From positions 4,216,001-4,280,000 of the forward strand of contig CAVNZM010000014.1 in NCBI GenBank assembly GCA_963693365.1: 64,000 bases of DNA, read 5' to 3'. Below, piece by piece: positions 27,937-41,757 of this stretch (the stretch's first letter is position 1; each line of letters opens with the position of its first letter). Below the pieces are notes generated by a model, which saw only the letters and a program-made list of their open reading frames with translations, made no database searches and was not told the origin of the DNA. The position numbers were made by a program, and so were the translations under genes. Source of the stretch: Amoebidium appalachense. Taxonomy: Eukaryota; Protista; Ichthyosporea.

Positions 27937-29525
27937 TGGAATTTTTGCTGCACATCAACCAATGAAAAATTTTCACAAGTGGCTAAAACCCCTAGATCAC
28001 AAAGACCAAATCAATTGCCGCCCATTTCGGACTAGATATAACTCAAACTCATCAATATATCCATATGGCATATCCCACAGAACATAAAAACAGCTACAGC
28101 TCCCTAAATAAAAATGCTAGCAGCCTGAAACTTTGCACACGCATCAAACACACCAAGGCCTACAACATGCAACTACTACGAATTTTACAGCACACTCGCA
28201 ACACACAATTTCACTTCAACGGGGCTTTCTACTTCTCCTGCAAAGAAAACACGTTTACAAACTAAATATTCAATGAAGCAGATAATGATCCACACACTGT
28301 GTGTGCAATGATATTGAAGACCGAGTACGAAGAAAAAATTGCTCCCGTACCTTGCGCACCGCAAAGGGTGAAAAGAAAGAAAGCAAACGTGACAGGGTAA
28401 GGGGAGAAAACAAAGTGGCGGGGAAAAAAAAACGGGGGGGGGGGGGGGGGGGTAAAAGAGAGGTTTAAACCGTGTACCTCACCATCGCATTGGCCCTTTT
28501 GACCAGCGCCATCAGCAAACATCTCCCGGCATCTCTTTCCCGTCTCAAACCACTCTGGGACATCCTAAACCCGTAACCCATCCTGAACTATACCCTTTGT
28601 AACCGTTATTAGTTAGAGATGACTCCAAGCTATCCCTAACCTGTCCGGCTTTAGCAGGCGATATTAAAGACATCTCTGTAAGTACATCCTTAGCATATCT
28701 GTAACCCGGCGAAACCCTATCCCGTGTTCCATCTGTTTCCTCCCCAAAGCATATCTTAGAGCCGTCTTTGTTATGTCTTAAACGAATCTATAAAAAGACA
28801 ATATTTATGAACTTTTACTAAACAGATATCCCCAGCATATCTGTAAGCTATCGGTCAGCCGTCTACAAGAACGCTTTGCGATCACCAATATCCATCTTTA
28901 ATACTACTTTATGTAGTTCAGACGAACATATATGGCATACTTAACACCTCTTGAAGAATTTGCAGAGATATATTACAGATATGTTGTGGTTAACCTAAAT
29001 GTATCCTTACGATGTAGTTATGTAATATGTTATTTCAGTCTAACACGAGTTGTCGACTTTAGGATGTACTAAAAGCAACTCACCGATTGGCTAGGGATAT
29101 TTTTATTGGTACATAGTGACACAAACAAGATATGCGTGAGACGTATTTACGTCATAATATAGATTCATCATCAATTGAGGAAAAGACACAATTAATATAC
29201 ACTTTAGACGGCTTTAGGACGGCCTAACGTTATATATGGTCGCTCCCATAGATAGAATAATTATATATTCATAGTTCTGGTAAGAGCACCGGAAGATTTC
29301 TTGATGCAATTTTAAAGCCATCTTTCAGGATGTTCTAAAAATCACACTAAAAAGACCGTCGTCATCCTTAAAGTCATATGTTGGATGGCTGGAGGTTGTC
29401 GTGATGATATCTTAAACCCCCACCTCCCTCCCCCCCCCCCCCCCCCCCCTTTTTCTGGGGACCACCACCCACCTCACATGAACCTTTGACGATCGATGAC
29501 GGCGACGAGGTGCCAGACCCACAGA

Positions 29526-29777
29526 TTTACCTTAACAGGACAAAGAGCCGGTACCCACCTATGGGTGCTAAACATGCACATGATCGTTCATGTGCTATAA
29601 GAGCAACACAGAAACGAAACACAGAAACAACAGCAGCCATAGGACAAAGAGCCCCAGACCCACAGGGTCTTGCCTCCATACTTTGTTTACCTTAACAGGA
29701 CAAAGAGCCGGTACCCACCTATGAAACGAAAAACGGAAACAACAGCAGCCATAGGACAAAGAGCCGGTACCCACCTC
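29526..29777. repeat. Short compound direct repeats built on AGGACAAAGAGCC (four copies)
   Basis: TTTACCTTAACAGGACAAAGAGCCGGTACCCACCTATG twice; GAAACAACAGCAGCCATAGGACAAAGAGCC twice. Confidence 0.8.
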
Positions 29778-29887
29778 TAGATGATAACGTAGCCCTATAG
29801 CTGCTGATGACTTCATGGGCCAACCTTGGCAAAACCTGTAAAGAAACTCGAGCTAAGAATTAGCTCATCCTACTTGCGAGAAGTGGG

Positions 29888-29921
<34 letters not shown>

Positions 29922-30000
29922 GAGCGGGCTGACTGAGAGTGGCAAAAAAAGAGTCGACAGAACCAACCTCAAACATAGTAAGGACGGAAACCCGGACCAG

Positions 30001-30163
30001 AACTTATGAAGTCTAAAGAAGCAGAAAATAGCTTGAACGATTGGTGGAGGGGATGATAGATATAGTGCTAACAGCAAAAGTAGTGCCCACAGTCGCTGGT
30101 TCATGAACGTGAAAAGGCAACGTGCATCTGCAGCCAGCAGACACACGCACACGCACGCACACG

Positions 30164-30204
<41 letters not shown>

Positions 30205-31103
30205 AGACATAATCACAGGACTACGATGATACGTAACCCATACATACGACTTATCAATATCATCATTTCGATATCCATACGTTGTCTTTCGGACGGGAGC
30301 TAAAACACACTGGCAATGATGGGGGGGGGGGGGGTTTGAATGCAGAACACGGTACAAAATACGCATACACGATGAGAAGCATGGTGCAGGACACATGCAA
30401 AGGCAAACATTCAAGTATGCAACATCAGCCATGTGCACAGTATGCGTCATAAGCAGAGCCCATCCTCAGGGAGGACCCAAGGGGGGGGGTAGTTGTTTAC
30501 CTTGCTGATCTCTGGTGGCCGAGCACCACCCTCGTAGTCAGGCATGTCAGCTCCATACTTCACAGCTGACCACGAAATCTGAGTGGCAGACTTGTGGGCC
30601 ATTGGATCCCGCAGTCCGCACTCAAATGTGTGGAGCATGAAGCTGAAGAGCTCGGGCAACGCCTTTTGAAACTCCTGTGTCGGTGTTGGTGTGTGTGTTG
30701 CGTGTACGTAAACGTAAGCATGTGTGTATGTGGTGATGAGGAAAGGGGGTATTCTCCATTAGCAGCAAATAAAACCGAATTCGACAATGAAAAATCTGAA
30801 ATGACTTGAGGAAGTGGGAAGTTGAATGGATACTAAATAACCATGCATGTACCGTTTCTCTGAGTGATAAGGATTTGATGTCTTGTGTGGTTATGTGTTG
30901 GTGATTCGTACGTGGGACAACAGGGGGAGGTGGGAGGGAGGGAGTGGGAGGGAGGGAGTGGGAGTGAGTGTGTGTGTGTGTGTGGGGAGGGGGGTCACAG
31001 TGCATTAAGAATGAATGAACCAATAAGGAAGAACAACAACATTAAACATGAAAGCATGTTAAAAAAAGCAGCATGAGAAGATTTCGTCTTTGATTGGGGT
31101 GTG

Positions 31104-31159
<56 letters not shown>

Positions 31160-31895
31160 AATGGGCACAAACGTTTAGTGTCTTGAAGCTGCTGAGGCGG
31201 TTCTTGATGTAGGAGCCGTTGATGGGGGACATGCACATGATGCGGTGAAGGGCGGGGTTGCCCCATGGGTTGCCCGTCACCGGATCGACGCTGTACATGC
31301 GGCCACAGGGATGGTTGTTGCACTCAACTTGAACCTCCACCAACCACCCCTCCCACGTCTTCTTGCGGTACCTAACCTGGTCTGCCAACTTGTCGGGGTC
31401 GGCGGCATTGACAGGGGCAACCTGGAACAATTGTGTTGGTGGGCATGGAGGCATTTGACAGTTTTTTGGAAGGGGGGGGGGAGGGGGGGGAGGGGGGGGG
31501 ATGGGAGGGGCTTTTGGTGTGTGTGTGTTTTTTTGTATGTGTGGGTGGGGAAGTGAGTGAGTGAGTGTGTGTGTGTGTTTGGGGGGGGGGGGGGGGGGGG
31601 GGGGGGTAAGAATGAATGAATAACACTAAATGCTAACATGTGAAACACGTTGTGATGAAAGACAAAAGCACAAACTTATGAAGTCTAGAGAAGCAGAAAA
31701 TAGCTTGAACGACTGGTGGAGGGGATGATAGCTATAGTGCTAACAGCAAAAGTAGTGCCCACAGTCGCTGGTTCATGAACGTGAAAAGGCAACGTGCATC
31801 TGCAGCCAGCGGAACACACGCACACGCACGCACACACACACACATACACACACACGCACACAGACACAGACACAGACACAGATATAATCACAGGC
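30001..31895. repeat. Direct duplication of about 220 bp (30001-30220 and 31673-31895)
   Basis: AACTTATGAAGTCTA..GTGCATCTGCAGCCAGC followed by a CA tract and ATAATCACAGG in both copies. Confidence 0.85.
30447..31421 (-). CDS. Two 3' exons (31173-31421, 30447-30674) of an unknown, possibly secreted Cys-containing protein
   Basis: GC-rich, AG/GT-bounded phase-0 exons join in frame: VAPVNAADPDK..SSFKTLN-EFQKALPELF..EDGLCL*. A signal-peptide-like exon lies upstream near 31775. Confidence 0.55.
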
Positions 31896-32023
31896 ACGGA
31901 CACAGACCAGACAGACAAACGCCATATGCACAAAAGCAGGCAACACAAAACTAACCTTCAAACGGCCTTTCAGCCGTTAGGCGAAGATGGCAGCATGGTC
32001 GAAACCATTCAGCACGGTGGCTG

Positions 32024-32143
32024 CGCGACCTGCAGAGGGGACCTGTCACCAGGCGACCTGCGGAAAGGGAACTGCGACCAGGCGACCTGCGGGAAGGGAC
32101 CTGCGACCAGGCGACCTGCGGGAAACGACCTGCGGACCTGCGG
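32024..32143. repeat. GC-rich degenerate minisatellite (GCGACCTGCGGG / GCGACCAG)
   Basis: Motif GACCTGC/GACCAGG reiterated about ten times. Confidence 0.7.
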
Positions 32144-32233
32144 GAGGGGGGAAGAGAAATGGAGCAAACAACGTGCGTACAGGCTTAAACGGACAAAAAA
32201 TTGCAAACCGGATTGGGTTTAGCCAATCACTAT

Positions 32234-32923
32234 TTCTTATGCCAACGTCGTCTTTACCAGCCCCAGCAAGGGGATACATGAGCCGGTGCCTGTGGATCAA
32301 TCTCACAAGCAGGCACAGGTGTGCTCCACAGGAGCAATGAAAAGAATGACAAATGTCATACAGAAACATGATCAAAAAACGTAGCCTAGTGCCTAAATAG
32401 GCAAAGGGTGTGGTGGGTGGGCAAAAACTTAGCTAAAAAATTGGGCCTAAAGAGACCTAAACGCGCTCAGTAGCGCCGCAACTGACCTCCCTCGGGCCGC
32501 GCAAGCTCATTATATGCGCGGCCCACATTTTTGCCTATGGAAATATGAAGAAATGACTTAAAACCTATCAAATCCATGAAATCTACCAAAATGGAATTTT
32601 TGCTGCTCATCAACCAATGAAAAATTTTCACAAGTGGCTAAAACCCCTAGATCACAAAGACCAAATCAATTGCCGCCCATTTCGGCCTAGATATAACTCA
32701 AACTCATCAATATATCCATATGGCATATCCCACAGAACATAAAAACAGCTACAGCTCCCTAAATAAAAATGCTAGCAGCCTGAAACTTTGCACACGCATC
32801 AAACACACTAAGGCCTACAACATGCTACTACTACGAATTTTACAGCACACTCGCAACACACAATTTCACTCCAACGGGGCTATCTAATTCTCCTGCAAAG
32901 AAAACACGTTTACAAACTAAATA
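32234..32923 (-). mobile_element. Solo A-spacer-B2 unit, family 1
   Basis: Almost identical to 22022-22710; precise ends. Confidence 0.92.
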
Positions 32924-33105
32924 TTGCTATAGACCGGTTTAGTAACCGCCGCGCCTGATTAGGGAAAAGATAAAAATAGATTTCGGCTCGCGCGCGCGCG
33001 TGTGACCTTAGTCACAACTATCACACGTGTACGTGGACACAAGCACGAATGCATACACCCACACCCATACTCACACTCACACCCACAGCTCATGCTCACA
33101 CTCAA

Positions 33106-33164
<59 letters not shown>

Positions 33165-33198
33165 GCACGCGCGCAAGCACACACACACACACATGCAC

Positions 33199-33234
<36 letters not shown>

Positions 33235-33716
33235 CGCGCACACACAGGCACGCACACACACACAGGCGCACACCTACACAACACACACAGCACATGCACA
33301 CACAAGCGCACACACGCACACACACTGTTTTCCCTGATCATGATGCCCCCTCCCCCCCTCCCTCTTCCCCCCCGCACACCCCCCCCCCCCCCCCCACCCC
33401 ACCCACCCACCTACAAAGAAGAAAACGTTTATCTGTGTTCCAGACCGTGTGCGCTCTACTCCTCTCCCCTCTCCCGCACACATTGAGCCCCCCCCCCCCC
33501 CCCCCCCCCTGTGCATGCAGGAACGCACACATATGCACACGTACGCATACATCATATATATGGCGGTTGAGTCACAACCCATTTGCAAACGACACACGTG
33601 TGCACGCATGGACGTCGCGCACACACACAACGGCACACACACATAAATGCTCGCGCGCTCACAGCACACATACACACACACTCACTCACAAACACGCACA
33701 CACACACACACACACA

Positions 33717-33751
<35 letters not shown>

Positions 33752-34434
33752 CTCTCTTCTCTGTCTCTTTCTCTCTCTCTCTTTCTCTTTCCCTCTTTCT
33801 CTGATCTGTCTCTCTCTCTGCCTCTTCCTTCTCTCTCTCTCTAGTAGTGGCAAGTGGAAAGAAAAAATAGGTGATACCCCACTTGGTTTTTTTCTTCTCA
33901 ATTTTGTCTAAATCTCATCATGATAGGGTATTTTTTGTTTACGTATACATTTGGGCTCAGCTTGCATGTACGGGAAACACAAGTTAAGCATGTTAAATAA
34001 CGATACACTGACATATTTCAACCTGTTGACTATCAGTATGCATCATGGGCTTAGTGATTACGACCTCGTCTCAACATTGACATCGTAAAAACCAATAAAC
34101 TATCTGATCCAAATCACAATGGAACCCAATATCGCGCCCCCCCCCCCCTAAATATGGAACTTTCATGGTGCTACACGGAACTATTTTAAAAAAAAAACAA
34201 AAAAAAACACTCATATACTCTTTGAACTCGCAAAGAACCAAACCCTAATACTTGTACATGTATTGCATACACAAATATATTCGCACATATACATACACAC
34301 ATTCACTTTAATCTTTCAGGCTACATGTGCAATATACTGGCATTAATTATGCACAGTCGATAGAATTCGTTGTGAAACCCCCCCCCCCCTCCCCCCCTCC
34401 TCGTTCCCCCCATATGCAATGGGGATAATATTGT

Positions 34435-34712
34435 TTCTTATGCCAACGTCGTCTTTACCAGCCCCAGCAAGGGGATACATGAGACGGTGCCTGTGGATCA
34501 ATCTCACAAGCAGGCACAGGTGTGCTCCACAGGAGCAATGAAAAGATTGACAAATGTCATACAGAAACATGCTCCAAAAATGTAGCCTAGTGCCTAAATA
34601 GGCAAAGGGAGTGGTTGGTGGGCAAAAACTTAGCTGAAAAATTGGGCCTAAAGAGACCTAAACGCGCTCAGTAGCGCCGCAACTGACCTCCCTGGGGCCG
34701 CGCAAGCTCATT
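34435..34712 (-). mobile_element. Truncated B2-spacer-A fragment, family 1
   Basis: Starts at TTCTTATGCC and stops abruptly after GCAAGCTCATT. Confidence 0.88.
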
Positions 34713-34892
34713 TTGTTTCCCGTTATCACCGTTCTAACTTCCTAAGACCGAACCACTTGTAACACCGACAGTTTCGGTTGTGTGGAACACCCCCCCCCCC
34801 CCCCTCCCAACCCACCCACCACCACCTTACCAATATTGTAGGTGTACACTCACCCCACAACCCCAACTGTGTGCTGAATATCCCGTGCTAGG

Positions 34893-36183
34893 AAACCAAT
34901 AACGTGAAAGTAACACATGCCGCATGATATATTATATATATGGTATGGTACAAGGGGGGTTTCAATCCGGGCTACAATGTTGTGTTTTTTTCGTGTGACC
35001 CTCGTACTCCAGAGGCACATTCACCATCCCCCCCATAACCTTTGTGGTAAATGTCTCGTGCTAGAAGCTGTTCTGTGGGTAATTATTGAAAAAACCAATA
35101 ATGTCTAGGTAACACATGGACATATACTATGCTACAAGGGGGGTTCTATATGAGCTACAACGTTGTGTTTTTTTCGTGTGACCCTCGTACTCCAGGGGCA
35201 CATTCTCCATCCCCCCCATAAACTTTGTGGTAAATTTCTGGTGCTAGAAGCTGTTCTGTGGGTAGTTATTGAAAAAACAAATAATGTCTAGGTAATGATA
35301 CTAGTATGTACATATGCTATGCTACAAGGGGGGTTCTATACGAGCTACAACGTTGTGTTTTTTTCGTGTGACCCTCCGACTCCAGGGGCACATATACAAT
35401 CCCCCCCATAAACATTTAGGTAAAGGTCTTGTGCTAGAAGCTGTTCTGTGGGTAGTTATTGAAAAAACCAATAATGTCTAGGTAACACATGTACATATAC
35501 TATGCTACAAGGGGGGTTCTATTCGGGCTACAATGTTGTGTTTTTTTTGTGTGACCCTCGTACTCCAGGGGCACATTCACCATCCCCCCCATAAACTCTG
35601 TGATAAATCTCTCGTGCTAGAGGCTGTTCTGTGGGTAGTTATTGAAAAACCAATAATGTCTAGGTAACATATAAACATATACTATGCTACAAGGGGGGTG
35701 CTATACGAGCTACAACGTTGAGTTTTTTTCGTGTGACCCTCGTACTCCAGGGCACATTCACCATCCCCCCCATAAACTTTGTGGTAAAGGTCTCGTGCTA
35801 GAAGCTGTTCTGTGGGTAGTTATTGAAAAAACCAATAATGTCTAGGTAACACATGTACATATACTATGCTACAAGGGGGGTTCTATTCGAGCTACAATGT
35901 TGTGTTTTTTTCGTGTGACCTTCGTACTCCAGGGGCACATTCACCATCCCCCCCATAAACTTTGTGGTAAATCTCTCGTGCTAGAGGCTGTTCTGTGCGT
36001 AGTTATTGAAAAACCAATAATGTCTAGGTAACATAGTATGTACATTTACTATGCTACAAGGGGGGTTCTATACGAGCTACAACATTGTGTTTTTTTTGTG
36101 TGACCCTCGTACTCCAGGGGCACATTCAACATCCCCCCCATAAACTTTGTGGTAAATGTCTCGTGCTAGAAGCTGTTCTGTGT
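34893..36183. repeat. Tandem array of seven units of about 183 bp
   Basis: CAATAATGTCTAGGTAA-like anchors recur near 35097, 35279, 35469, 35652, 35833 and 36014, plus a diverged first unit at 34897; whole units are similar end to end. Confidence 0.93.
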
Positions 36184-36229
36184 CTGATGTGTGGATGTCT
36201 GTGTATGTTGTGTGTGTGTGCATCATGTC

Positions 36230-36364
36230 TGTGTGTGTGTATGTGCTCAGTTGAAAGGGAAGGGGGGGAGAGGGGGGATGCACCGTGTGTGCGCATGTGT
36301 GCACGTGTGTGTGTGTGTGCTCTGTGGAGAGGGAAGGGGAGGAGGGAAATGCACAGTGTGTGTG

Positions 36365-36422
<58 letters not shown>

Positions 36423-36578
36423 GTGTGTTTGTGTGTGTGTGCATGTCTGTGTGCATCGTGTGTGGTGTGTGTGTGTGTGTGTGCATGTCTGTGCATGTGT
36501 GCATGTGCTCGGTGGAGAGGGAAGGGGAAGGGGGGGATTCGTGTCCGTGCATGTGTGCATGTGTGCATGTGTGTGTGT

Positions 36579-36609
<31 letters not shown>

Positions 36610-36747
36610 CATGTATGTGTGTGTGTATGTGCTCAGTTGAGAGGGAAGGGGAGAGGGGGGATGCACCGTGTGTGTGCATGTGTGCACGTGTGTGTGTGTG
36701 TGCTTTGTGGAGAGGGAAGGGGAGGGGGGAAATGCACCGTGTGTGTG

Positions 36748-36787
<40 letters not shown>

Positions 36788-36940
36788 TGTGTGTGTTGTG
36801 TGTTTGTGTGTGTGTGCATGTCTGTGTGCATCATGTGTGGTGTGTGTGTGTGTGTGTGCATGTCTGTGCATGTGTGCATGTGCTCGGTGGAGAGGGAAGG
36901 GGAAGGGGGGGATTCGTGTCCGTGCATGTGTGCATGTGTG

Positions 36941-36983
<43 letters not shown>

Positions 36984-37122
36984 CATGTATGTGTGTGTGT
37001 ATGTGCTCAGTTGAGAGGGAAGGGGGAGAGGGGGGATGCACCGTGTGTGTGCATGTGTGCACGTGTGTGTGTGTGTGCTTTGTGGAGAGGGAAGGGGAGG
37101 GGGGAAATGCACCGTGTGTGTG

Positions 37123-37162
<40 letters not shown>

Positions 37163-37315
37163 TGTGTGTGTTGTGTGTTTGTGTGTGTGTGCATGTCTGT
37201 GTGCATCGTGTGTGTTGTGTGTGTGTGTGTGTGCATGTCTGTGCATGTGTGCATGTGCTCGGTGGAGAGGGAAGGGGAAGGGGGGGATTCGTGTCCGTGC
37301 ATGTGTGCATGTGTG

Positions 37316-37362
<47 letters not shown>

Positions 37363-37440
37363 ATGTATGTGTGTGTGTATGTGCTCAGTTGAGAGGGAAG
37401 GGGAGGGGGGGGATGCACCGTGTGTGTGCATGTGTGCATG
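36230..37440. repeat. Higher-order tandem repeat, about 3.2 units of about 378 bp, made of TG/TGCA tracts and GAGAGGGAAGGGGA blocks
   Basis: Anchor GCTCAGTTGA at about 36245, 36631, 37005 and 37383; three purine blocks per unit. Confidence 0.88.
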
Positions 37441-39783
37441 TTAATGCAAAGTACACACGGGGGAGTCCGTAGAATTTTTTTCCCGACGGAGAGGGGGGGG
37501 GCGTGATCGGGGAATTTCAGTGTTTTCTCCAGTCCCGCATGCAACATACCAGCCTTCGTATTCAAAAACCCCAAACACCCGTTCCTTTAGCAAATATCTG
37601 ACTTTCTCACCACCAAACGTAGATGGGGGTGGGGGGGAGTGCCCACGTTCACCCACACATCCCCACGGGCATTTGCCGGCCCATCAGGGGGGGTCCAAGA
37701 GGGGTTGGGGTCATTCTATCGTGTGCATATGTTGTGGAGGGAATTTGAAACGTGCAAAAACCCTCAGAATGGACGGATTTCGATGCAGTTTTTTTTGTTT
37801 TCCCAATGGGAAGGTATGTTAATGCAAAGTACACACGGGGGAGTCCGTAGGATTTTTTCCCGACGGACGGGGGGACGTGTCGGGGAATTTCAAGAAGGAA
37901 AATCTAAAATCTCAATATCTGCCAAAACCCTCCGAATGGACGGGGGGAGGGGGGGGGGGGAGGGGGGAAGGGGGGGGGGGGGGGGGGCATCAAACGTGAT
38001 GGCTCACCCCCCCCCCCCCCCCCCCTCTCCTCGGCGGGCCCGCCGCTGCGCTGCGGAAGATTACTCTGATCCACTCGAATCCTTTTGTCCCAAACACAGG
38101 CTTGCAGGATAAGAAAGGCCTGCACCCTGCAAAGGTGGATGCCTATTTTGCATCAGAAGGGAACTTCGACCCCAGCCCCAGGCTTGAAGGACGTGGCAAT
38201 TGCCTAAAGTTCCTGCCGCTACAGCTGCAGCGGGCTTAACGCCTGCTGAAGCACGGGGGATTCCACGGAGGGATCTGCCTCTTCCAGTGAAAAGAAAAAT
38301 ATTCCCATACAACAGCTGCTATATTCGACTGCAAGAAGTGAGGAGGGAGTGTATCTTAGGGTGGTGGGGTGTAAGGAGTTTTATGGTCGGCGATCCGCAC
38401 TGCAGTTTCAGGTATGGTTGGCGTATTTATTCAAGACGTACTGACAGAATAGTAAGTATAGCTCTAGTATAGCGTGAGGATATTCTTAGGAGCTTCCTAA
38501 GGTATGCGATATATATCTTTGCGTTTTTTTGCGTTTTTGGATTCTGTTTTGCACTCCTCCAGTAAATCTTTGTTTCCATTGGCTATCAACGCCTCGCGCG
38601 CACCTGCGCGACGCCTTCATGTTTCATGTTTCAAATAAAAGCGTGACCTTGTGACGCCTTCATTGTGAATGCTGTGTGAAATTCGATCCTAAAAAACAAC
38701 CAATCAAAAACGTTGGAGCGATCTATCCCACAATCAAATGCGCAATCCCTTTTCCCGCCGTATATAGTGAGCTAACCCGCGCATCATGGAATGTGGTCCT
38801 GGGTAATCGGCATTGACAGGGTGGTGAAGAGGCCGTGGCTGAGCTCGATAGCGATACGTGCTTTGCTTTTGTATCCCAGGGAACACTTAAAGATCATCTC
38901 AATCGATCCCATTAAACCCTTAAAGAGGTCCTAAAGTAATCCTAACACAATACCTAATTGCAACTCTGAACATCTTTAAGCTACCCCAAATAGGGCATGA
39001 AGATCGCAGAAAGGTATCATCAATACTTGCCTAAGATTGCGTTAGCATATCACATGCACAGACATGGCCTGTCTGGAAGATATAATTTGGATGGCCAATA
39101 GCGCTACAAAAGAACTCTCCAAAGATCTCCTGCCTAGCTGTGATATATCCTGACGACATCCTAACGCAATCAGTTCGTTTCGCAAATGTTGCATGGCCAT
39201 ACGGGATTAAGAGAGGATAAAGATTGTACTAAGATCTCCGCAGTACATCTTTAACATATCTCTACGCCCATCCCACGAGCGCCTTGTGTCTTACTTGCTT
39301 GTATAATGCATCTTACACACATCTATATAATATGTATCGGTACATCCCAGGCAAAGTTTTCATAGATTTTCGACCTGAGCCTCTGGCCGGCGGGATCATT
39401 GATTGGGTAGTCCGGCAACCGGATCCATTTGGATTCCCAATCATCAGCCTGAGAATTCAACAGAGATCGCCGCCTGCCAGTAAACGGAGAGCTGGATTTG
39501 AGCGATGCAAACCTTTATAATTGGGTCAAAAAAACAAGAAAATCACTGATTGGGGCGGCGTTTTCGGCCTGTGATTGGAGAGTCTTTCCCGCCAGTAGTA
39601 GCCCGGCCCATGGGGCTGCAGCCACAGTTACGTAACGTAACGGCGAACGTGACACTTTCACTATACATAGGTGACAGCCTTCCCAGCCGCTGGTAATTAC
39701 ATAGTGTCGAAGCTACACCGACGGTCCTACCTGAAAAATAAGTTACAGGGTTCAATTTTTTCAAAGTAATTGTTACAAGGAAA

Positions 39784-41468
39784 ATGGATGGAGATTACAT
39801 GGAGTACGATGGTGATGTTGAGCAAGGTAGCGAACAACATGTACTTAACGAAGACCAAGACGTAGAAACGACCAGTACTCTAGTGTTTTATTGTCCCATA
39901 AACGAACAGCATTTTGCTATTAACGGAGTATTTGAGGCGCTTGGAAACCGAAACCTCAATGAATCTCGCCCAGAACACGTATATTGGTATGTTGGGGAAG
40001 AGACTTTCCGCCCATTTATTGAGTGTGATGCTTACAAACCCACTCACTTGTTTCACGTTAGGCAAACCGAGACTGGGCTGCTATTAGAGCCTCGTGACGC
40101 TCACTTCAAGCTTATGCACGAGGAATGGCAGCCCTACGTAGAGGGGGAAATGCCCGATCGCAGGGAGTTACTGCGCAGTGAAGTGTAAGTATAGCTATCC
40201 CCCTTTCCGCTTTCCCAGCGCATTTCATTCATGCTTAACTTTCAGCATAAGTTGCGCCGCGTAGCCTTTCATTCTTCGCTGCATGAAGCTATAGCGAATG
40301 TCTAGTAGACACACCTCTTGACTGCTTATGACAAATCTGCTCGAAGAAAAGTGTTGCGCTTCCCCTTAATCTGCATGTGTGCACACGTACTCATTTTGCA
40401 CACTTGCCCACAGGGAGGCAGTCATCTGTGAGCTCGTTCCACAGATCGTCACAGGAGGGGCGTGTTACCTGGCAAGCAGCACGAAACCCGCGGGTTTTAA
40501 AGGCAATGTATGGTTATCCTGGAAAACGGAGGACTGGAAGGATATGATACCGTTGAGTTCTTTTTTTTCTATGCCAAACATCCGCGATCGCTCGTGGCGG
40601 CTGAAGCAATTATTTCAAGGGAAGCTTCTAGCGAAGCTGCAATACAGAGTTAGGGGGGCATCGAAAGCGGATGCAGGGACCAAGTATAATGACCCACGTG
40701 TGGAGGTGGATTGTGATATTGTCGGGTTTGCAGGTTTCATCGCCCACATTCTTGATGTCTCCGGGGATGACAGCATTATGGAGGAGTCGATTGTTAAGGG
40801 GAGATGGCCGGGCCTATTAGTCGAATTGCCCCTGTGGTCGGTAGTACAGGCATTTCCAGAAGCATGTGCTTATTTCTCAAACCACAACAGGTGTGTTGCC
40901 ATGTTCGGCCAGGAAACAGAAGGGGATCGTAACCAAATTATCGGTTTCAAATTTGCAGATAGGCCGAAACACAACTGGTCACATGATGTATGTGCGCATT
41001 CAACATTCCTTGGTGGTTGCCCACACCAAACGTTCCTACACCTCCACATACACCGGTGAATAACCACCCACATACGAGTGAGGGGGAAAGTTCCCCAGAC
41101 GTGTTTGCCCCTTTGACAGATGCAGGGAAAAAAAAATACACTTTAAATCTAGGAACCCCCACCCCACTACAAACCTGCCTTGATAGGACAACTCCTACAG
41201 ACACACTATTCTCTTCGACCTCCATGTATAGTGTAGTGCCCACGTATGCCTACTCATTAGAGAATTAATACGAAGGAATGAACGATGTATAATGCTGTAT
41301 AATATCTGCTAACCATTAATCTGAATAGTAGACCTTGCTCGGGCATATAGCTCCGGAAGTTCCTTACATGCCCGTGCAACCAACCTTTTAAATTTACTTG
41401 CCCACCAAAGTACGCACACTAGGGCGAGTGCGCGCTCACACACATGCACGCACGCACGCATACGCACA

Positions 41469-41541
<73 letters not shown>

Positions 41542-41757
41542 CACATGCATGCACGCACACGCCTACGCGCACATGCACACAACCCCACAGCACTATCTTT
41601 GCTCACATGCACATATATTCACGGTATGACCCCCCTCCCCCCCCTCCCCACCCCAGCCCCGTCTCCCCTCCTCTCCCCCAACCACTGTGCACAGGTGTGG
41701 TGGCCTTCCTTTTTTGCTCGATTATTAAGAATTAAAGTTTATGTAAGTGAAATATAA
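39784..41757 (+). CDS. Three-exon gene of unknown function (39784-40184, 40414-40987, 41695-41757; about 345 aa)
   Basis: ATG in AAAATGG context, donors GTAAGT and GTATGT, acceptors CCCACAG and GCACAG, all phases compatible, AATAAA right after the stop; complex non-repetitive protein with no motif recognised. Confidence 0.7.

Larger units (their letters stand above)
22022..28268 (-). mobile_element. Near-complete Ngaro/PAT-like tyrosine-recombinase retrotransposon with split direct repeats (about 5.6 kb excluding a nested insertion in A1)
   Basis: Order on the minus strand is A1-gag-RT/RNaseH-YR-B1(22711-22806)-A2-spacer-B2; no TSD; flank CATTGAA|TATTT mimics the internal B|A junction TAAGAA|TATTT. 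Confidence 0.92.

Noticed and set aside
22022-28268. Prophage/integron or classical LTR/DIRS1 inverted-repeat element
   Set aside because: The recombinase is linked to RT/RNase H with split direct repeats; no DDE integrase, TG..CA LTRs, TSD or ITR/ICR layout.
34115-34135. CACAATG as a Transib/RSS-like left end
   Set aside because: No matching inverted partner or 5-bp TSD found beyond the transposase; a lone heptamer is expected by chance.
34893-36183. CRISPR-like repeat-spacer array
   Set aside because: Units are similar along their whole length with no unique spacers; no cas genes; eukaryotic context.
36077-37574. Long 250-395 aa ORFs
   Set aside because: TG/CA repeat translations without stops; the same applies to 1-935, 10071-12440, 14857-15666, 32959-33911 and 59199-59722.
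39784-41757. RAG2-like identity for the convergent gene
   Set aside because: No kelch GG repeats or PHD Cys pattern visible; only the orientation is similar.
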